Notes under the pieces: model-generated
Told to the model about the DNA's origin: nothing
Database searches by the model: none
Seen by the model: the letters and a program-made list of their open reading frames with translations, nothing else
Made by a program: the position numbers and the translations under genes
Part shown: piece by piece, positions 40,201 through 49,113 of the stretch
Numbering within the stretch: position 1 is the stretch's first letter
Layout of the letters: every line of letters begins with the position of its first letter
IMG/VR virus record: IMGVR_UViG_3300025450_000013
Length of the DNA stretch: 64,000 nt
Strand: one strand, 5' to 3'
DNA from: a virus

Positions 40201-40890
40201 ATTATATCTCTCAAGGATTGTTGACTGAGTTGGAAAGTATATAAAGTGGTCTTTAGCAAAGAATACACCTTCTGAAATCTCAAACCAAGAAGCATAGCCT
40301 GTGTTAGCAACAGGGTCATTATCCAATACAATAGCAGTGGTTATTGTATTTGCTATTGTTAAAGTTTCACCAGCTGGAAATACTCGTTGCTGAGAATTTG
40401 CGGATGAAGCAGTGAGATACTGAACATATAATGTTTTGGTATTTGTAGATGTACCATCAGTATCTAATACTGTGATAACCTGAGCAGAAATATTACTGGA
40501 TGCGCCTGTTACTGTCTGACCGATAAAGGTCTGAACGTTTACGGTATTACCTAAAGGAGTTGTATTTTTAATTTTAACATAAGGAAGTGGATTACCTTTT
40601 ACATCTCCGTAATTTGATCGGATATTAAAAGCACCAGGAATAATGATAGAACCGTCTTTGTAGATATTTGTACCAAATCGTTTGATCTGGCTTTGTATCA
40701 TTGTCTGTAATTGTGTTAGTTCACGGGCCTGAACTGAATAACCAGGTTTAAAAAGGATGCGATAGTATTCTTTTGCTGGATCGTAGTCATCATAATAAGG
40801 TAGAACGTTAAAATTGGTTGACAAACTACTTTGAATCTGGTTTGCAGAATTTGAATATGTATTTGCACCGTTAAAATCTGTGAATGACAT
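34264..40890 (-). CDS. Large baseplate/virion protein (VrlC/DUF4815-like) containing an intein
   Basis: NFNVLPYYDDYD.AKEYYRILFKPGYSVQARELTQLQ, APGADRL, YTMRDLG.LD.RI.NLEYY.SL, FKNGIFVDNF, C-terminal LRAIAL. Confidence 0.88.
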   Translation of the reverse strand: MSFTDFNGANTYSNSANQIQSSLSTNFNVLPYYDDYDPAKEYYRILFKPGYSVQARELTQLQTMIQSQIKRFGTNIYKDGSIIIPGAFNIRSNYGDVKGNPLPYVKIKNTTPLGNTVNVQTFIGQTVTGASSNISAQVITVLDTDGTSTNTKTLYVQYLTASSANSQQRVFPAGETLTIANTITTAIVLDNDPVANTGYASWFEISEGVFFAKDHFIYFPTQSTILERYNPNPSSLVGFYVYEDIVTSSTDSSLLDPALQSSNYGAPGADRLRLDPELTVLPYGTTPPADFITLFAIANGNIQILNDQTQFNSINDAMAQRMYDVDGDFVVSGLGVQLQEHENNGVNNGRYTPAQGGNTDLLITSVSAGRAYVKGYSLTNPGKYDITITKPLDYQNVGIQVSSTAMGQYVTVNEFVGTWYADVGSRVYFYDTPNQRITNGGAPYGQKWSTGAVVGNQIGSAIVSSVEYVSGTKGYDAVYNVYLTDITMNSGYNFSQVLSLYYIGSGAHSGADIVGATFGTANTVIQATYPQPLLYYVGSSSTKTVRNVDGGGSVTYYYNQTGSSLSLTTFGNVSLTIATGLSGTQTLPYGNGYLSETEIADDIILTYQASTNIGPLWGGATVSTLGSACTTIHGVSTYFTYLNVGDKVEITGLSNTYYITAIANDSVMTLSAPVPATVTTNSIFKAYKTGDIANLNGVGVRNGLQRVVIATPTTLLIDMQEGYSNTVPVTVTYRMATEGIQEVPKTLTPGRYVLISVGSHPNGITGPYPLGFSDVYKIRNVIRKSGSQPTSLNDGTDVTSYFKLDNGQRDTMYDTASIVPIAGFVPGASDYLLVYFDYFLPNFGNYSGYFTIDSYNIDDFTVPTPTNAIRTEQIPIYISPSYRKSYDLRNYLDFRPVKLNIANDVTSASSPSLSVNPIKSTSFYYSNELFFPVPSTQLTYSYSYYLGRQDVLVGNKNGVLSVLKGTPAVTPVPPTALDTQMAIAIISLAPYPSLSPAYGNLIGRQDLACSVQTVSTKIYTMRDLGILDNRISNLEYYASLTLLESSAINMNITNANGLNRFKNGIFVDNFKDSSSSAILTNPDMRISFDPIELCIRPIYSSKPIYYDYLGGSETVMSNGKITFTYTENQYFSQPWVTRWMNLERNAYYYVGRMTLNPSDDVWVDTQYAPDQYVNITSQGALIDVTVGTGPAVPVSTAVQTTQWLGETWGAWTQFITGYTVYGTGWAATNEPSKTFSTYADAASYVDTWVHSYGKGGATIVQTTENDRIGASNFVTYQSGQAVGGYNVIDTSIIPYIQPQDIIVNVSNLKPNSRMYSFFDTVHVDAYCTPLTEEQFNAVSRVNTYTTAGVQNPQVSTLLSTSGWAKMGDPLIVNPDGTLYFSFKIFDTVKNPGTPKFQTGQRVMLIQDDLALNPGTLSVAQDVTTWAQAYFFAQGTQQTLQETVYSTNSVQYTSTPLQQSYLSYANTTIVNTTPPPYSCFNPEAKVLMADKTWKPISDVNIGEKVIGANGDINTVMKSRTINVGDRKMVKFQEGFYATDDHIFLTDKGWKTWDPKSVIRKNGTNQHILEGENREEGIDPLDKLKIVDMESDDKINFKFVDYKTLGTEIVDFDPDYTVYDLTLSGDSTYIVEGYVVHNCCMAYNVNIKVPSDEEGVYCLGYDVFVQAKSATRDLWFEIRTLDAAGQITNTQLPGSYVYIKNADIPVSTNGINNPLQIRFPYPVFLNNNRSYAFTIHGTAGAGGLVDPDTYLWVAQLGQQDRNNGASFNNRQQYGNFYFTNDNITWNLITDTDLTINVYTATFNQGVATCTLGEQGIEKWYLSDVSASFGSLINDHFVSGDTLTLSGVSGTITVGDTLTGNVSGATAAGQLISVSGSNYQTSNTRYQLGEKVTATSGGQGIVAGIANNSAVLTFYNDNYSNVYVEMSHSTGGFKVGDWIQDTRSGGYAFHAKITDILNYTYSGAQFQPDILNFTKTGSQYAMDTYQVGALSDNGYVNVTDSSATFFKNEMQIYSKSLESSALSGNRSNKVQVQFESNSIYTSPLLDLSSTYSVLIDNLVNADATGETNPRGGSALNKYISETITLAPGQAANDLNVYLTNYRPPGTDILVYCKLMNQYDTDNFDNKPWILMPYQGNSGQVYSSASDTSNYIDFSYVLPTSVLTGPSGEFQYTLNGTTYTNFQYFAIKIVLLANNPASVPKASELRAIALQL
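35983..36459 (-). mobile_element. Mini-intein (Hint domain, 159 aa, no homing endonuclease)
   Basis: Block A CFNPEAKVLMAD, block B ATDDHIFLT, blocks F/G VYDLTLSGDSTYIVEGYVVHN followed by Cys+1. Confidence 0.88.
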
Positions 40891-40905
40891 TTTCTATCTA
40901 TCCTT

Positions 40906-42228
40906 TTAGAAACTTAGAACTATTTTGAAATCTTCATTTTGATCTGTAGCACGTTCAATGGATGTGATGTTGTCCTTATATAGGATATACCCCTTATAAG
41001 GTTGACAGTCAGGTTGTTGTACCGAACTAAGGTATCTGGCCGCAGCAGATTTATAACCTGTTAGCAATGATGAAGTTGGAGTACCTTGAATATTATTTAC
41101 TTTTATTATAGAATTTGCAGAATCCCATGCAGCAACCACACCTGTAAATGTAGCATTGGCCAAGCTGGTTCCCTGATAAACTGTTTCATCTAATAAATAA
41201 TTCGTTGTTGAACTACTCTGACTCAAAGTTATTGAAGTTAATTGCGAAAACGCAGTATTTGTCATAGGAGTCGTTGTACCATATACTATAGGTTCTTGTA
41301 GTAAAGAAATCTGTCTATAATTACCTTGAGTATTAATTACACCATTTTCATCACCATCTAATTGTATGTCTATCATGACATAAGAACCACCTAATTCATA
41401 TAATGCGTCAGAACCATGCCCACCTGGAGGGCTGATGATCGCTCTTGCGGTCGCACCTACACCCACAGGTGAACTGATTGTTACATTGGCCCATGTATAT
41501 CCTGAACCAAAGTTATCAACAATGACACTTTCTACCTTTTCTGTTTGAGTATTAACCATAGGATAAGCATTAGCAAAACGACCATCACCTACTATAGAAA
41601 TTGAAACAATATCATCATAGACATATCCTTCACCTCCATTAGTAATTAAAATACTATTAATAGCACCAGGAACAGCGTCCAATTGAACTTGATACTGTAG
41701 AGAGTTATCATCCGATAAGATTGTTTTTACAGGCATAAAACTATCCGATAAAAATCTTTGTTGTTCATCACCCGTTAAGGTATACATGTATTTCCAAAAA
41801 TATAAATCAGCAGTTTGAAAAATAATACCTGGGTTAGCAGATGTTGGTTTATAGGTAGAAGGTTGACCGTAGTTGTTAGCAATACATTTATAGACGTTGA
41901 AATCATCTGTCAAAACATAATAGGAAGTATTAGCACCTTTAGTTAAAGAATCCTGATTTTGATCATATGCAATATATGTGGTATTTGCTGCCCAATTTAT
42001 ACGTGGAATAACATGTCGGACATCAGCACCATTAATAAGTTTACCACCAATCATGTTCCACCAGGTTTCATAATAAGATGAAACTGAAGTGTTGGCCTGT
42101 GGAGGATAAAGTTCACTGTCCCAAGGAGTTTGATAACCAAATGTTAAATAGACGTTTGAGGATTCAATGCTTTTTATGAATTGTTCTGCTGTGAAAACTT
42201 CAAGGTCTTTAGAGTATGTTGATGCCAT
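40906..42228 (-). CDS. gp8: Baseplate wedge subunit
   Basis: W.NMIGGK.I, VIPRINW, YVLTDDFNVYKCI.N, D.YFWKYMY, PPGGHGSD...ELG, EDFKIVLSF. Confidence 0.92.
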   Translation of the reverse strand: MASTYSKDLEVFTAEQFIKSIESSNVYLTFGYQTPWDSELYPPQANTSVSSYYETWWNMIGGKLINGADVRHVIPRINWAANTTYIAYDQNQDSLTKGANTSYYVLTDDFNVYKCIANNYGQPSTYKPTSANPGIIFQTADLYFWKYMYTLTGDEQQRFLSDSFMPVKTILSDDNSLQYQVQLDAVPGAINSILITNGGEGYVYDDIVSISIVGDGRFANAYPMVNTQTEKVESVIVDNFGSGYTWANVTISSPVGVGATARAIISPPGGHGSDALYELGGSYVMIDIQLDGDENGVINTQGNYRQISLLQEPIVYGTTTPMTNTAFSQLTSITLSQSSSTTNYLLDETVYQGTSLANATFTGVVAAWDSANSIIKVNNIQGTPTSSLLTGYKSAAARYLSSVQQPDCQPYKGYILYKDNITSIERATDQNEDFKIVLSF

Positions 42229-42250
42229 AATTTCTCTCTTAATTATATTC

Positions 42251-42258
42251 TATTTATA
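42251..42258 (-). promoter_or_regulatory. T4-type late promoter TATAAATA
   Basis: Exact match upstream of gp8. Confidence 0.72.
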
Positions 42259-42883
42259 TGCCAAATCTACCACGATAACGACTGAAACTCTGAAAAATCT
42301 CGCTATTTGAAAGAACTTTATTATAGAATTGAATTATTCCAATCTTACCATCCATTATACTGGTAAGATTAGCACTATTGTTTGCAGTATATCTTCCACC
42401 AATGTAAATAGGTTGGTCTGTATCGGTTGCTGAGTTAGCATGGCCAGAGGAAACGTTTGTTAGATTTCCGTTTAGATATCCTTTGATGTTTACACCATCA
42501 TAGGTAAATGCACCCATAACCCAGGTATTTGCGTTTATAGTATTAGCAACCACAATCTTATTATTAGAGGTCATTGGGCTAACAACGACTTCAAGGTTCT
42601 TCCCGTAGTTATAAAAATCATAACCCCTTGAACCATCTTTAGCAGTTTTAGATACTAGGCTTCTTCCATTACTTGCTGTATTAGCAACATAAAACCATGT
42701 AATAACTGTTAGTAAGTTTGCAACATTCATTGATGGTTGATGTGTCATAATAACAGATGAATGATTACCATCAAACAAGATTCCACCACCATAATAGTAG
42801 GTATCATTATTCATTAGAGTAGCAGATTGGTTGGTATTAGCACTATTATACCAAACATTTGGTGAAAGTGAAGAGAATCCCAT
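42254..42883 (-). CDS. LamG/concanavalin A-like lectin domain protein
   Basis: GILFDG, TVITWF, W....TYDG...K.YLNG, IGG, GKIG.IQFYNKVLS.SEI.Q.F...RGRFGI. Confidence 0.82.
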   Translation of the reverse strand: MGFSSLSPNVWYNSANTNQSATLMNNDTYYYGGGILFDGNHSSVIMTHQPSMNVANLLTVITWFYVANTASNGRSLVSKTAKDGSRGYDFYNYGKNLEVVVSPMTSNNKIVVANTINANTWVMGAFTYDGVNIKGYLNGNLTNVSSGHANSATDTDQPIYIGGRYTANNSANLTSIMDGKIGIIQFYNKVLSNSEIFQSFSRYRGRFGI

Positions 42884-42887
42884 ATGT

Positions 42888-45281
42888 TTACCTCTGATCC
42901 ACTGTTACACGGCTGCTATCAGCTGTTGGTACCGATTCATCTGTTGTAATCATAGCAAAGTATTCAATATTATCCCCATGGTCTACTGTATATTGTGCAG
43001 CATCCAAAGAAATAATGAGATTTCTAGTATGAACACCAGATTGAATAGCGGAGTTAATGACATTAACGGTATTCATTAAAGTCTGGTTATTATCTTCAAA
43101 CAGATATTCACCGTAAAGTTTAAAACCAGCAGGATGAATTAAATCTTTTAAAGGTTTTCTATATTTATTTAAGGGTTCTGAAATCTTTACAACGTAAGAA
43201 TAATTCTGATAATAATCTCTATTTTGAATAACATAAGGTGAACTCAACTGGCCTGCCTGATCAAGGTATCGGCCTGGATAGGTGTAAATGCCTGTAACAA
43301 TATTAGCATATGCCTGAGCAGTACCGTCACCTTGTGTTGATAGATCAAGGATTGGTGGGTATTGGTAACCTAAACCACCTGAAATAATTTTAAGTGAAGC
43401 AATAGATCCGATAACGTTTGAATATGCATTTAGAACCGCGTCATCTGCAATAACTGCTGAGACAACGATATTAGCACCTACACCATTTGCAGTATTGATT
43501 ACCGCAGTAGGAAGCATATCTGCACGATAACCATAACCACCAGGTAACATACCTGGATCTGCTATGAAGTTTACTTGCTGAATTGTTCCATTAGCATCTA
43601 CAACCGATACCTGACCGTTAGCACCATAACCGTATGTTCCGTGAGGATTGACAAATAGTATTTGATCACCGTTAGCATAACCGAACCCACCATTGGCAAT
43701 GTCCATTCTACCTAGGATTCCTATAGAACGAACAGTGGTATTTGATAGCACCGAAACTGTAGGTAATTCAACATATCCAGTACCTGGATTTTCAATGGCA
43801 GTAGCAATAATTGGTCCGCAAGGTCCATATGTCCAATAATTAAAAGAATTGGCTAATATTGTATTAGCATTTGGTTTCTTTAAAACAGTAAATGAAACGT
43901 TATTGAGACCGCCGGCAAGACCTGGTTCAATTGTTAGGTACCAATCATATTTGTTACTTGCTACGATATATTGATACGTATCTTGGACAAAAAGAACATC
44001 ACCAGTTTCAAAATAAACGTTTGAATTGGCTAAGTTTTTATTTAATGTTACTTCATTTATCCTACTACCAAATTCGGTACTAATATCAAGATTTGATGTG
44101 GTTGTATAAATGGTTGCTAAGTTGGTGTATGCTTGAGTTTCCCATATATCACCTATAGCATTTTGAATTATAGTATCAGCAACTTGATCAATAGTTGAAC
44201 CAATAATTTTGTAATTTGCAGCATGGTAATGTTCTAGTGTATCAACAGAATACACATTAGCCGCGGCATTTGAACCACCACCACCTACGAACAATAATTG
44301 GTCATTTGCTTTATAACCTGCACCAGCAAAAATCACACTGACATTTTTGATTTTACCTTCAAGATGACTTTTAGCAACTTTACCAATAATGATCTGCCCA
44401 CCAAACCCAAATTCTAATGTTCCGTTTGAAACACCTTGACCAAATTGATTAGTTGGTATTACAGGTACAGATGCACCTTCAACATAACCAGAACCTGGAG
44501 ATGTAACAGTGGTACTAGTAATAATACCAGAATAAACATTAGCAGACAGAGTTTTAAAAATGCCTTGATCTTCAATTGTTGCAGTAATTGCCTCACCATC
44601 TAAGAAGTCTTTTAATACATTTGATAATACCAATTCAGTTACTAGAACACCGTTTTGATAATATGGATTAACACTCTCTACTGTTGCAGAAGAATTTGAT
44701 GTAGCACCAGTAATTGTGGTATTAACAAACCTAGAAAATGCAATACTATTAGCAACGTTATTAACGGTAACGTTTTTAATGTTAAGGGTTCTTTGTATAA
44801 ACCAATTACCATCCGAGGCTTTTAAAATATTATTTTGTGGATAATAAACAGAAGATTCTTTGTTAAAAAGAATACGTGTTAAAAATCTGATAGATTTTTC
44901 TGAACCTCTAGAACGATAGAAATCCTTAGAATGTTTAAGAACTGTTATAGGATTCGCTAATAAATCTGAAGGAATAAATTTACTAAAGTTATTGAAAATT
45001 TGAGTGTTTAGAAGATGATATTTTTCATCTTCAGGTACCGAAAAAGCAAATTCATGACTAAATCTATTTTCAACTTGATCTTCTAGATAATCTTCATTTA
45101 ATGTATCAACATCAAAGAAGTCAGGAAATCTTTTGGTGGTATACATCAAACCACCATCTTGTTCCAAGAACTTATAATAAGCCTCTAAAAACTCAACAAA
45201 CCTAGGATGGTCCCTTCTTACAAACTCAGGAACTTGTGTATTGACTAAGTATGATGTTTTATTATTGGATGAATCAACCAT
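42888..45281 (-). CDS. gp7: Baseplate wedge initiator
   Basis: QVPEFVR.DHP.FVEFLEAYYKFLE, KDFYRSRGSEKS..FL.RILF, DYYQNYSYV, HPAGFKLYG. Confidence 0.85.
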   Translation of the reverse strand: MVDSSNNKTSYLVNTQVPEFVRRDHPRFVEFLEAYYKFLEQDGGLMYTTKRFPDFFDVDTLNEDYLEDQVENRFSHEFAFSVPEDEKYHLLNTQIFNNFSKFIPSDLLANPITVLKHSKDFYRSRGSEKSIRFLTRILFNKESSVYYPQNNILKASDGNWFIQRTLNIKNVTVNNVANSIAFSRFVNTTITGATSNSSATVESVNPYYQNGVLVTELVLSNVLKDFLDGEAITATIEDQGIFKTLSANVYSGIITSTTVTSPGSGYVEGASVPVIPTNQFGQGVSNGTLEFGFGGQIIIGKVAKSHLEGKIKNVSVIFAGAGYKANDQLLFVGGGGSNAAANVYSVDTLEHYHAANYKIIGSTIDQVADTIIQNAIGDIWETQAYTNLATIYTTTSNLDISTEFGSRINEVTLNKNLANSNVYFETGDVLFVQDTYQYIVASNKYDWYLTIEPGLAGGLNNVSFTVLKKPNANTILANSFNYWTYGPCGPIIATAIENPGTGYVELPTVSVLSNTTVRSIGILGRMDIANGGFGYANGDQILFVNPHGTYGYGANGQVSVVDANGTIQQVNFIADPGMLPGGYGYRADMLPTAVINTANGVGANIVVSAVIADDAVLNAYSNVIGSIASLKIISGGLGYQYPPILDLSTQGDGTAQAYANIVTGIYTYPGRYLDQAGQLSSPYVIQNRDYYQNYSYVVKISEPLNKYRKPLKDLIHPAGFKLYGEYLFEDNNQTLMNTVNVINSAIQSGVHTRNLIISLDAAQYTVDHGDNIEYFAMITTDESVPTADSSRVTVDQR

Positions 45282-47356
45282 TATGCTTGTGGAACCATAT
45301 TTAACTGAACAGCTTGAATATTATTTGTATCAATAGCCAACAATCTATTTCTTAAAGGAGGTATAACGGTTAGCTCAGGAACAACGTTTACTGTTAATAT
45401 ATCCTGATCATAGTATGGATTTAAAACCAATCCTAATACATTAAAACTTGTTAATGTGATAATACCATTTAGATAATCAATTGTTCCTGCATTATTATTA
45501 ACATATACTTTTTGACCGTTTGTAGCATAATAATACGATCTGAGAGTACCTTTATTTGCTGCTAATGTCACAGAAAGGGATGCTTCAGTACCAGTCAAAT
45601 CGGTAATATTAGCATATGCTACAGTATAATTAACACCTGGATTAGTGATAACGACACTAATTATTCTTCCATTTAAAATGGATGCAGCTGCTGTGGCCCC
45701 TGTTCCATCACCTGTAATGGTAACAGTTGGATTGATATAGTTAAAACCAGGGTTAACAATTGATATTGAACCTATACCAGTATATGCCTGAGGTACTTCT
45801 TCCAGATATACGTTCTGTGGGTTTCCGGCTGAGTCAGGAACTGTGACTTGAGGATATGTATATAGTTTCTGATACTGGTCACCTTTTCTAATAGGTGTGT
45901 TGAAATTAATTGTATAAGACTGAGTTGTTCCTGGTACCAGCTTAGCTCTGTTTTGTAAATAGATATTAATATCAGATGCGGTGATAGATGGATCGGAACT
46001 TTCAATAAAATTTTGTAATTTAGACAAAATGAATGTTGACTGGAAATTATACAAATATTGTTGAGCATATTTAAAAATTGCTGAAGAAACTTCATTTGCA
46101 AGATATGCAGATGACTGAGTTGTTAAAGATGGATTGTAATAAACATTTCCTTGTACCTGAACAAAAATATATTCTGGGTCAATAATCTCTGGAATAACAG
46201 TCAATACGTTTCTATTCTTGGTCAAATAGTTTTTAATGTTTTGTTTTTCCAACTGAGTTAGTGTATAATAACCACGGGTCTTTAGTGATAGATAAACTTT
46301 ACCATAAACAGGTGGAATGTTTTCTTCACCACCCCAAACAGACACAGCCTCAATATCTGGAAAGTCTTTTGTAACCAATGCTTCATAATCGTTTACTGTA
46401 ACGCAACGGTTTTGTGCAGTATAAAAGTATGGAGCACGGAATCGGATGGCCTCAATGTCTTCTTTATTGGTACCACCATATGATCCAATTGAGGTGGTAA
46501 CTTTAACATTACTTCTAAACAGTCCTGCAATAGGATCGGTGAAAATATATTTCTGAATACCATTAGCAATGGCACCAACCGTATCAAGATATGTTACCTG
46601 TATAATATTACCATTGGAAGGAGGATTACCTAGAATACCATCACCAAAGTAGATTGTATAGTTTAGGTCTTGGTCTTCTTCCAAAAAATATACAGTAGAG
46701 TTGGCTTGAATTTGTGTAAGGTCTTGTGCTTGGAAATATTGTGTCGTCTGTGTATTTGATGCTGATTCCTGGACAGTAACGGTCAATGTGGAGGTGTCAA
46801 CGTTAGCAGATGGAATCTGATATCGGCCTGTAAGGTTATTAGCAGTGACCAAATACTGATAGGTCATAACCTCACCTTGTTTAATCACAACGTTAGCAAA
46901 TGTGAATGAACCATTAACCTTATATGCGGTATTAGCATTTACTGTAGCAAATGGATAATTGACACCATTAATATCGGATCCAACCAATCTGGTATATTGG
47001 TTCATAATAATATAACTGACGATTGGATTTTCACTAGCACCAGGTGTTACTTTAACATTAACCAAAGATTGTGCACCGTGTGCGGATTCTGGAACGTAGT
47101 TAATCAACTTTGCATGTGAAAGGATATTCTTACGATCCTGTGCGGTATCAAGAAACGCTTCATTAGCAATCATATTGAGATAGAAAGCATTATAATAGGT
47201 GTTATATGCCAAAATATCCAATAGAATAGACATACCAGAACCAGCAAAGTTATAATCGCTGAAGGTATCCTGACTTTGTAGAAAGGTAATAAGATTATTC
47301 TTAATGGTGGAAAAATCTAAATCTGTTACCCTAAGTGATGTATTGCCGGTTGCCAT
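45281..47356 (-). CDS. gp6: Baseplate wedge subunit
   Basis: LDFSTIK.NL..FL..Q..FSDYNF.GS, LAYNTYYN, AQNRCVT..DY, VWGGE...PP.YGKV. Confidence 0.95.
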   Translation of the reverse strand: MATGNTSLRVTDLDFSTIKNNLITFLQSQDTFSDYNFAGSGMSILLDILAYNTYYNAFYLNMIANEAFLDTAQDRKNILSHAKLINYVPESAHGAQSLVNVKVTPGASENPIVSYIIMNQYTRLVGSDINGVNYPFATVNANTAYKVNGSFTFANVVIKQGEVMTYQYLVTANNLTGRYQIPSANVDTSTLTVTVQESASNTQTTQYFQAQDLTQIQANSTVYFLEEDQDLNYTIYFGDGILGNPPSNGNIIQVTYLDTVGAIANGIQKYIFTDPIAGLFRSNVKVTTSIGSYGGTNKEDIEAIRFRAPYFYTAQNRCVTVNDYEALVTKDFPDIEAVSVWGGEENIPPVYGKVYLSLKTRGYYTLTQLEKQNIKNYLTKNRNVLTVIPEIIDPEYIFVQVQGNVYYNPSLTTQSSAYLANEVSSAIFKYAQQYLYNFQSTFILSKLQNFIESSDPSITASDINIYLQNRAKLVPGTTQSYTINFNTPIRKGDQYQKLYTYPQVTVPDSAGNPQNVYLEEVPQAYTGIGSISIVNPGFNYINPTVTITGDGTGATAAASILNGRIISVVITNPGVNYTVAYANITDLTGTEASLSVTLAANKGTLRSYYYATNGQKVYVNNNAGTIDYLNGIITLTSFNVLGLVLNPYYDQDILTVNVVPELTVIPPLRNRLLAIDTNNIQAVQLNMVPQA

Positions 47357-47764
47357 TTATCGGATTCTCTCTAAGAATAATGTTGATACTACTGGTAAAT
47401 CTCTATTTATTATGGTATATTGCAAAGTGACATTAAAAGCATAATTTTGTTGATCTTCGGTTACCGTAACACTTTGTAAACTAACTCTTGGTTCAAAGTT
47501 ATTTATAACTGCTGAAATAGCGTCTTGGAGGTATATTGCAGTCAAAGGAGTAATGAGATCAAACAATAGAGCATTGGTATCTGAACCAATATATGATTGA
47601 AACTTCCTCTCATAGAAATTGGTTAGAATTAAATTCCTAACTGATCGCTTAATGTCTTGAACACCATTTAGTATGTTAATATCACCAGTAGAAGGATTAA
47701 TAACAAAATCCAGATCCAAATCTGAATAGTCTGGTTCTCTACTTACGAATGGAGTGGTAGCCAT
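47357..47764 (-). CDS. gp25: Baseplate wedge subunit
   Basis: YSDLDLDF, IKRSVRNLILTN.YER.F, NFEPRV, LERIR. Confidence 0.93.
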   Translation of the reverse strand: MATTPFVSREPDYSDLDLDFVINPSTGDINILNGVQDIKRSVRNLILTNFYERKFQSYIGSDTNALLFDLITPLTAIYLQDAISAVINNFEPRVSLQSVTVTEDQQNYAFNVTLQYTIINRDLPVVSTLFLERIR

Positions 47765-47793
47765 GGAAGTCCCTTAATGTTTCCTTATTTAGC

Positions 47794-49101
47794 TTACAAC
47801 CAACTGTTTATTTCTGAAGATGCATCTGGTTCTTGTGTTGGTTGATTTGCTTGTGTGCCTTGCAATGTTGGTGGTGTTTGTGCTTGTGAAGCCTCAGTAA
47901 TATTAAATGGTAAACTTATACCTAACGCTGACATTATAGTTGCGATACCACCATTAAGATTGAGTAATGAACCCAAAGAATCCAAAGCAACACCAGCACT
48001 TCCTGCCATACCAAGTAATCCACTTAAAGCATTAATATTTAAAGTTCCACCTGCAATATTTGTAGCACCAGCTGGCGCTCTAATTTCAACACTACCGGTG
48101 GTGGCGGTGTGTGAAATACTACCGGTCTGTGCAGTATGGATAATATGTCCGCTAGTAGCGGTATGTGAAATACCTGCACCTGCTTTGGTAGATTTTTGTC
48201 CCGTAATATCTTTTGTTTCATTCATACCAATCATTTTATTAACACTACCTTGAACTTTTCGCATTTCATCATGTGCTACCATTGTATGCAGGCCTGCGGC
48301 ATCAACTAATACCTTCTTTTGATATAATGATCCTGGAGTTCCAACTCCATATTTGTGGTGCGGCCCACCTACTGTGCTTAAAGAATAATAAGTTCCATTA
48401 AATGTTTTACCACTATTCTGATACATATCGCCAGCGCCGGCCATAACAAATTTGCTACTCTTACCTAAAGCATGAACTCCAAGATCACCTGATGCAGCCA
48501 CTACCTGAACCTTACCTTTACCAGTAGATGCTAAAGCCGTATCACCACTGGCCAAATATGTCTGGGCACCTTGAGAATTATATGTCAAACTACCTTCAAC
48601 TCTTTTATTTACGGTTTTGGCCTCGGTGTCCATGGTACCGCGAATAGAACGATTGAGGTTCTTGGCAGTCATATTCATATTACCTAAAACGGTAAGGTTA
48701 TAATCTTTATGAACCGTGACGTTATAATCACCATAAACACGGAAAGAGGCATCACCTTTTACTGTAATATCCTGTGCACCTGATACTGTAACACGGTCTT
48801 CACCAAAAACTACCTCATACTTACCGTTATGTGTAGTCATTGTAACACCACCATCTGGTTTCATTTGAATAGCAGAACCAGAACGGTGTTGTAAGGTTAC
48901 AGTTTCATTACCTGGTGTATCATCCATAATAAAAGAATGGCCGGACCTGGTCTTGTGTGACCAATAATTAGGATAAGTTCCACCACCTTGTTCTGAACGA
49001 GCATCTTTATTTACAGTAAAGGCTTTAGGTGTTGTACCTGCTGTATCACTATTAAAAGGATCGGAAGTTGCAAAATCCACACTACCTGTTACGTCACTCA
49101 T
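47794..49101 (-). CDS. gp5-like spike, C-terminal beta-helix part
   Basis: YP.....TRSGH.F.MDDTPG.E....HRSG, then V.G repeats; position just before gp25. Confidence 0.75.
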   Translation of the reverse strand: MSDVTGSVDFATSDPFNSDTAGTTPKAFTVNKDARSEQGGGTYPNYWSHKTRSGHSFIMDDTPGNETVTLQHRSGSAIQMKPDGGVTMTTHNGKYEVVFGEDRVTVSGAQDITVKGDASFRVYGDYNVTVHKDYNLTVLGNMNMTAKNLNRSIRGTMDTEAKTVNKRVEGSLTYNSQGAQTYLASGDTALASTGKGKVQVVAASGDLGVHALGKSSKFVMAGAGDMYQNSGKTFNGTYYSLSTVGGPHHKYGVGTPGSLYQKKVLVDAAGLHTMVAHDEMRKVQGSVNKMIGMNETKDITGQKSTKAGAGISHTATSGHIIHTAQTGSISHTATTGSVEIRAPAGATNIAGGTLNINALSGLLGMAGSAGVALDSLGSLLNLNGGIATIMSALGISLPFNITEASQAQTPPTLQGTQANQPTQEPDASSEINSWL

Positions 49102-49113
49102 TTAATTATTCCT

